In this document: piece after piece, positions 62,401 through 64,000 of the stretch
Layout: every line of letters starts with the position of its first letter
Position numbering within the stretch: the first letter of the stretch is position 1
Assembly: GCA_964016885.1 (NCBI GenBank)
Contig: OZ024740.1
Span: 171,554,001 to 171,618,000, forward strand
Direction of reading: 5' to 3'
DNA length: 64,000 bases
Source of the DNA: Eledone cirrhosa
Taxonomy: Eukaryota
Position numbers and translations under genes: made by a program
Notes under the pieces: model-generated
What the model was told of the DNA's origin: nothing
What the model saw: only the letters and a program-made list of their open reading frames with translations
Databases searched by the model: none

Positions 62401-64000
62401 TATCATGTGATAGAGTGATGATAGAAGCAAGATTATGTACAGAAAAGATTATGGTGATAGAGTGATGATAGAAGCAAGATTATGTACAGAAAATATCATG
62501 TGATAGAGTGATGATAGAAGCAAGATTAAGTACAGAAAAGATTATGGTGATAGAGTGATGATAGAAGCAAGATTATGTACAGAAAATATCATGTGATAGA
62601 GTGATGATAGAAGCAAGATTATGTACAGAAAAGATTATGGTGATAGAATGATGATAGAAGCAAGATTATGTACAGAAAATATCATGTGATAGAGTGATGA
62701 TAGAAGCAAGATTATGTACAGAAAAGATTATGGTGATAGAGTGATGATAGAAGCAAGATTATGTACAGAAAATATCATGTGATAGAGTGATGATAGAAGC
62801 AAGATTAAGTACAGAAAATATCATGTGATAGAGTGATGATAGAAGCAAGATTATGTACAGAAAATATCATGTGATAGAGTGATGATAGAAGCAAGATTAA
62901 GTACAGAAAAGATTATGGTGATTGAGTGATGATAGAAGCAAGATTATGTACAGAAAAGATTATGGTGATAGAGTGATGATAGAAGCAAGATTATGTACAG
63001 AAAATATCATGTGATAGAGTGATGATAGAAGCAAGATTATGTACAGAAAATATCATGTGATAGAGTGATGATAGAAATAAGATTAAGTACAGAAAATATC
63101 ATGTGATAGAGTGATGATAAAAGCAATATTATGTACAGAAAAGATTATGGTGATAGAGTGATGATAGAAGCAAGATTATGTACAGAAAAGATTATGGTGA
63201 TAGAGTGATGATAGAAGCAAGATTATGTACAGAAAATATCATGTGATAGAGTGATGATAGAAGCAAGATTATGTACAGAAAATATCATGTGATAGAGTGA
63301 TGATAGAAGGAAGATTATGCACAGAAAATATCATGTGATAGAGTGATGATAGAAGCAAGATTATGTACAGAAAAGATTATGGTGATAGAGTGATGATAGA
63401 AGCAAGATTATGTACAGAAAATATCATGTGATAGAGTGATGATAGAAGCAAGATTATGTACAGAAAAGATTATGGTGATAGAGTGAAGATAGAAGCAAGA
63501 TTATGTACAGAAAAGATTATGGTGATAGAGTGATGATAGAAGCAAGATTATGTACAGAAAATATCACGTGATAGAGTGATGATAGAAGCAAGATTATGTA
63601 CAGAAAAGATTATGGTGATAGAGTGATGATAGAAGCAAGATTATGTACAGAAAAGATTATGGTGATAGAGTGATGATAGAAGCAAGATTATGTACAGAAA
63701 AGATTATGGTGATAGAGTGATGATAGAAGCAAGATTATGTACAGAAAAGATTATGGTGATAGAGTGATGATAGAACAAGATTATGTACAGAAAAGATTAT
63801 GGTGATAGAGTGATGATAGAAGCAAGATTATGTACAGAAAAGATTATGGTGATAGAGTGATGATAGAAGCAAGATTAAGTACAGAAAATATCATGTGATA
63901 GAGTGGTGATAGAAGCAAGATTATGTACAGAAAAGATTATGTGATAGAGTGATGATAGAAGCAAGATTATGTACAGAAAAGATTATGGTGATAGAGTGAT
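20409..64000. repeat. Tandem satellite array, >=43.6 kb (~935 monomers), two interspersed monomer types of 46 and 47 bp
   Basis: A = GTACAGAAAA-TATCAT-GTGATAGAGTGATGATAGAAGCAAGATTA(T/A), 46 bp. B = GTACAGAAAA-GATTATG-GTGATAGAGTGATGATAGAAGCAAGATTA(T/A), 47 bp. All head-to-tail, no foreign insertion seen, and the array runs off the window end. Confidence 0.99.

Noticed and set aside
20409-64000. CRISPR-like array, or coding 60-aa ORFs (MLLSSLYHMIFSV...) in the repeat
   Set aside because: There are no unique spacers (the variable part has only two states), no cas genes, and the context is eukaryotic. The ORFs are chance stop-free runs created by single variants.

Overview
Repeat-dominated, AT-rich eukaryotic (animal) DNA. 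The SINE family, microsatellite load and transposon mix look like a coleoid cephalopod (Octopus-like); that assignment is an inference. Bases 1-20.4 kb are a nested graveyard of mobile elements separated by (TA)n/(CA)n/(GA)n/(AAT)n tracts. They include a decayed RTE LINE, a mariner-type MITE, a 5'-truncated Penelope-like element (PLE) with an open GIY-YIG frame, six copies or fragments of one tRNA-derived SINE, a complete but internally deleted hAT (Buster/Charlie-type) element with an 8-bp TSD, an intronless acyl-CoA synthetase pseudogene and two tandem Tx1/L1-like LINE 3' ends. Bases ~20.4-64 kb are one uninterrupted satellite of two interspersed monomers (46 and 47 bp) with local higher-order duplications. 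The most striking unannotated signal is in the first 11 kb: at least five sequence-unrelated type I hammerhead-ribozyme (HHR) folds, several inside head-to-head foldback palindromes whose breakpoints fall in or beside the ribozyme. No intact host protein-coding gene is supported. All RNA folds were paired by eye, not computed.
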